Assembly: GCA_030141605.1 (NCBI GenBank)
Contig: JAQGDQ010000289.1
Coordinates: 231,520 to 295,519 of the forward strand
From: Tubiluchus corallicola
Lineage: Eukaryota; Animalia; Priapulida
Length of the DNA: 64,000 nt
Direction: 5' to 3'
This document shows, in pieces, positions 61,771 to 64,000 of the stretch (positions are counted from its first letter, which is position 1; every line of letters starts with the position of its first letter). Under the pieces are notes generated by a model that searched no databases, had not been told where the DNA came from, and worked only from the letters and a program-made list of their open reading frames with translations. A program made the translations under genes and the position numbers.

Positions 61771-63514
61771 TCATTTCAATGAACTTTCTAAATTATAGAC
61801 TTTATGGAAAACAGCGATAAATCTGAATTTCGACTAAATCTTCTCCAACTCAATTTGCCACATTGTCAGATGTGGAGACACAGCAGATAAAAAATCAGGG
61901 AAAGAATGTAAACGACTGACTTACCTATCTGATTACCATGTTTGTCAAAGAGTGTAACTTTTCCAACCCAAGAATAGCGTGCGTGAAATTTCGTGGTTCC
62001 AAAAGAATAAAATTCTCTTTCACGCTGATCCAATAATTGACTAATATGTACTTGCAACCATCTGTTACAGTGAATTAAATGCTACATATACAACATTGAA
62101 AATCTTTAACTGTTAAAGAGACACGTCCTTGTCAGTCTGTAAGCATATCGCAAAAGAGAAAACTATATCAACTGCCATAATACAAATACAAATGCAAATT
62201 ATAATTATGTGAATTTAATTTTAGAAAGTGGAGGAATAAGACATTTGGTTTGCAGCATAGCGTATATGCAAGCTTTGTTGATCTGCACCCGATCGCATAG
62301 ACAACACAAGTTACATCAAAAGGTAAAACTTTCTTTTAGTTCAACAAATTCCTTTGTTAAACTTCAAACTTAGAATTTTCTCACAGGAGACAACTTATAT
62401 TTTTTAACATGCAAATGTGAACATTCGCAGAAATGGAATAAATTAGATTGTGGGTTACTTCCAGGTATGTGGTTGGGCGGCAGATCGTCCAGAATGCCGC
62501 CCGGGATGTACAATGTTTGACTTCAATCCAATGTTCCGAAACCTCATCAAAATTACGGGACCTGACCTGTTCCAGGCCTCCACTCCACAAAGTTTCGTGA
62601 AAATTTGTTAAATATATTTGGATAATCTTGCTAAACAACAGACAGACAAACAAACAGGGATGAAATTAATGCAACTTACTTGCGGATGCAAAAATGATGA
62701 CAAAGAAACAAATAAATGTCAGATCAGGCATGGCATTAATGTTATTTGTCATCATATAATAAAATATGACGAGAAATAAAATAAAGGCCTTTAACTAAGA
62801 AAACGTACTTTCCACACCAGCCAAGAGAAACAAAACCAGAAGCAAGGAATTGCGCTCGCCACTTAATTTCAAAAACTTCTTTCTCAAGGAAATGTCTCAC
62901 TTCAGCATAACTGTAAGCTGGTACAGAAACGTCAATAATGAACCTTTGAATGATATCGTTGGAAAAGAGGTTGACTTTACTGGTGCTCCACAGATTTGAT
63001 CTGTCCAAATCATCTATTAGGGTAGATGATACCTACACAAAATGGTTTCATTAATTAACAATGATATTTCATTAATAAACAATCATGAACTGGCTCGATT
63101 TATTAGTATTATCGCCTATTCAGAAGGCTGAGTTGCAACGGTACAGTGTCCTTTTTCTGGTTAAGTGAAATGCCGTAAAGCAGATCGATGTGATGGAAAT
63201 CGTGAAGGAAATTCACATTTCCATTGTAAAGGAAACCCAGTGCCTATATACTATGTTGGCTGAACGTAAGTTACCTAAGTGTAATAGGAATGTGACAATG
63301 AGAAACAAAATAAAAAACTTATGTTACTACGTATAACGCAGCTTATTCCGAACACCATAGCGTATAATGTGTACCTTATGTAATGTTAATAAAACATTTT
63401 ATACCTTGCCATTTATGCCCAAAACATACTGCATGTGTTCTGGTGTAATTTGCGAAGAAACGGAAATGCCGCCGTTGTATCCGGAATCAACGGATATCGA
63501 ATCTGTGAACCTAT
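61771..63514 (-). CDS. Paralog of the WSC/aerolysin-like gene, 3' exons only; the 5' part lies beyond the window end
   Basis: Exons 63514-63405 (110 nt), 63032-62809 (224 nt) and 62061-61925 (137 nt) have exactly the lengths and phases of exons 9-11 of the + strand gene. Translation: xRFTDSISVDSGYNGGISVSSQITPEHMQYVLGINGK/VSSTLIDDLDRSNLWSTSKVNLFSNDIIQRFIIDVSVPAYSYAEVRHFLEKEVFEIKWRAQFLASGFVSLGWCGK/WLQVHISQLLDQREREFYSFGTTKFHARYSWVGKVTLFDKHGNQI. The last exon is tentatively 61787-61771 (ESSLK*). Confidence 0.85.
62440..62695 (-). mobile_element. Short non-coding interspersed repeat (HINE/DINE-1-like) in an intron of the paralog
   Basis: Minus strand reads TTTTTGCATCCGCAAG...GTTTGTTTGTCTGTCTG..AGCAAGAT...TTCACGAAACTT, the usual 5' block, (GTCT)n tract and core of this repeat type. 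Confidence 0.5.
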
Positions 63515-63846
63515 CTATAAGAAAAATTGCCTAAAAAGGAATAGTCTAACAAAACGCATAGACTTGATATAAGCGTTTACAAAGGACGCGCTACAAATGC
63601 AACAATTAAGCAGAAAGTAAAATAAACAAGAAATATTTCTTTAGCCAGTAATCTAATCGTTAGTTTTCTATAAACTGACTTGCTGAATTATTCGATTCGG
63701 CATAATAGAGCGCCCTGTACATAAATTTGCCAAGCGTTGTTTACAACGTACAAACCCTTATCTAATTTCTTAGATGTGTTATGAAAATGATTGTTTTAGT
63801 CCCTCGTACGAAAGAGTTCATGTCAGTTTTATCACGAACTACTTTA

Positions 63847-64000
63847 TTATATTATATTATACTATATTATACTATATTATACTATACTATACTATACTAT
63901 ACTATACTATACTATACTATACTATACTATACTATACTATACTATACTATACTATACTATACTATACTATACTATACTATACCATACTATACTATACTAT
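63847..64000. repeat. (ACTAT)n pentanucleotide microsatellite
   Basis: Direct repeat running to the window end. Confidence 0.95.

Overview
AT-rich, intron-rich genomic DNA from an invertebrate animal, not a prokaryote. Most ORFs in the supplied track are spurious, and the real genes only appear after splicing. From left to right: (1) the last three coding exons of an NPC2/ML-domain sterol-binding gene (+); (2) a complete AP-4 sigma subunit gene (AP4S1, -) with a 12-nt microexon followed by a textbook U12 (minor spliceosome) intron; (3) a decayed near-full-length CR1 LINE and other repeats upstream of its coding region; (4) a complete 19-exon striatin gene (STRN3/Cka-like, +) with clusters of Rbfox motifs around two frame-preserving linker exons; (5) a 12-exon gene (+, 38605-52728, 471 aa) predicted to encode signal peptide + WSC carbohydrate-binding domain + aerolysin/ETX-MTX2-like beta-pore-forming domain + charged C-terminal tail; (6) the 3' exons of a diverged paralog on the - strand, tail-to-tail, running off the window end. 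The paired WSC-aerolysin-like genes are the most novel element. All gene models were assembled by hand from GT-AG sites and reading phase, and family assignments come from recognised motifs, not database searches.
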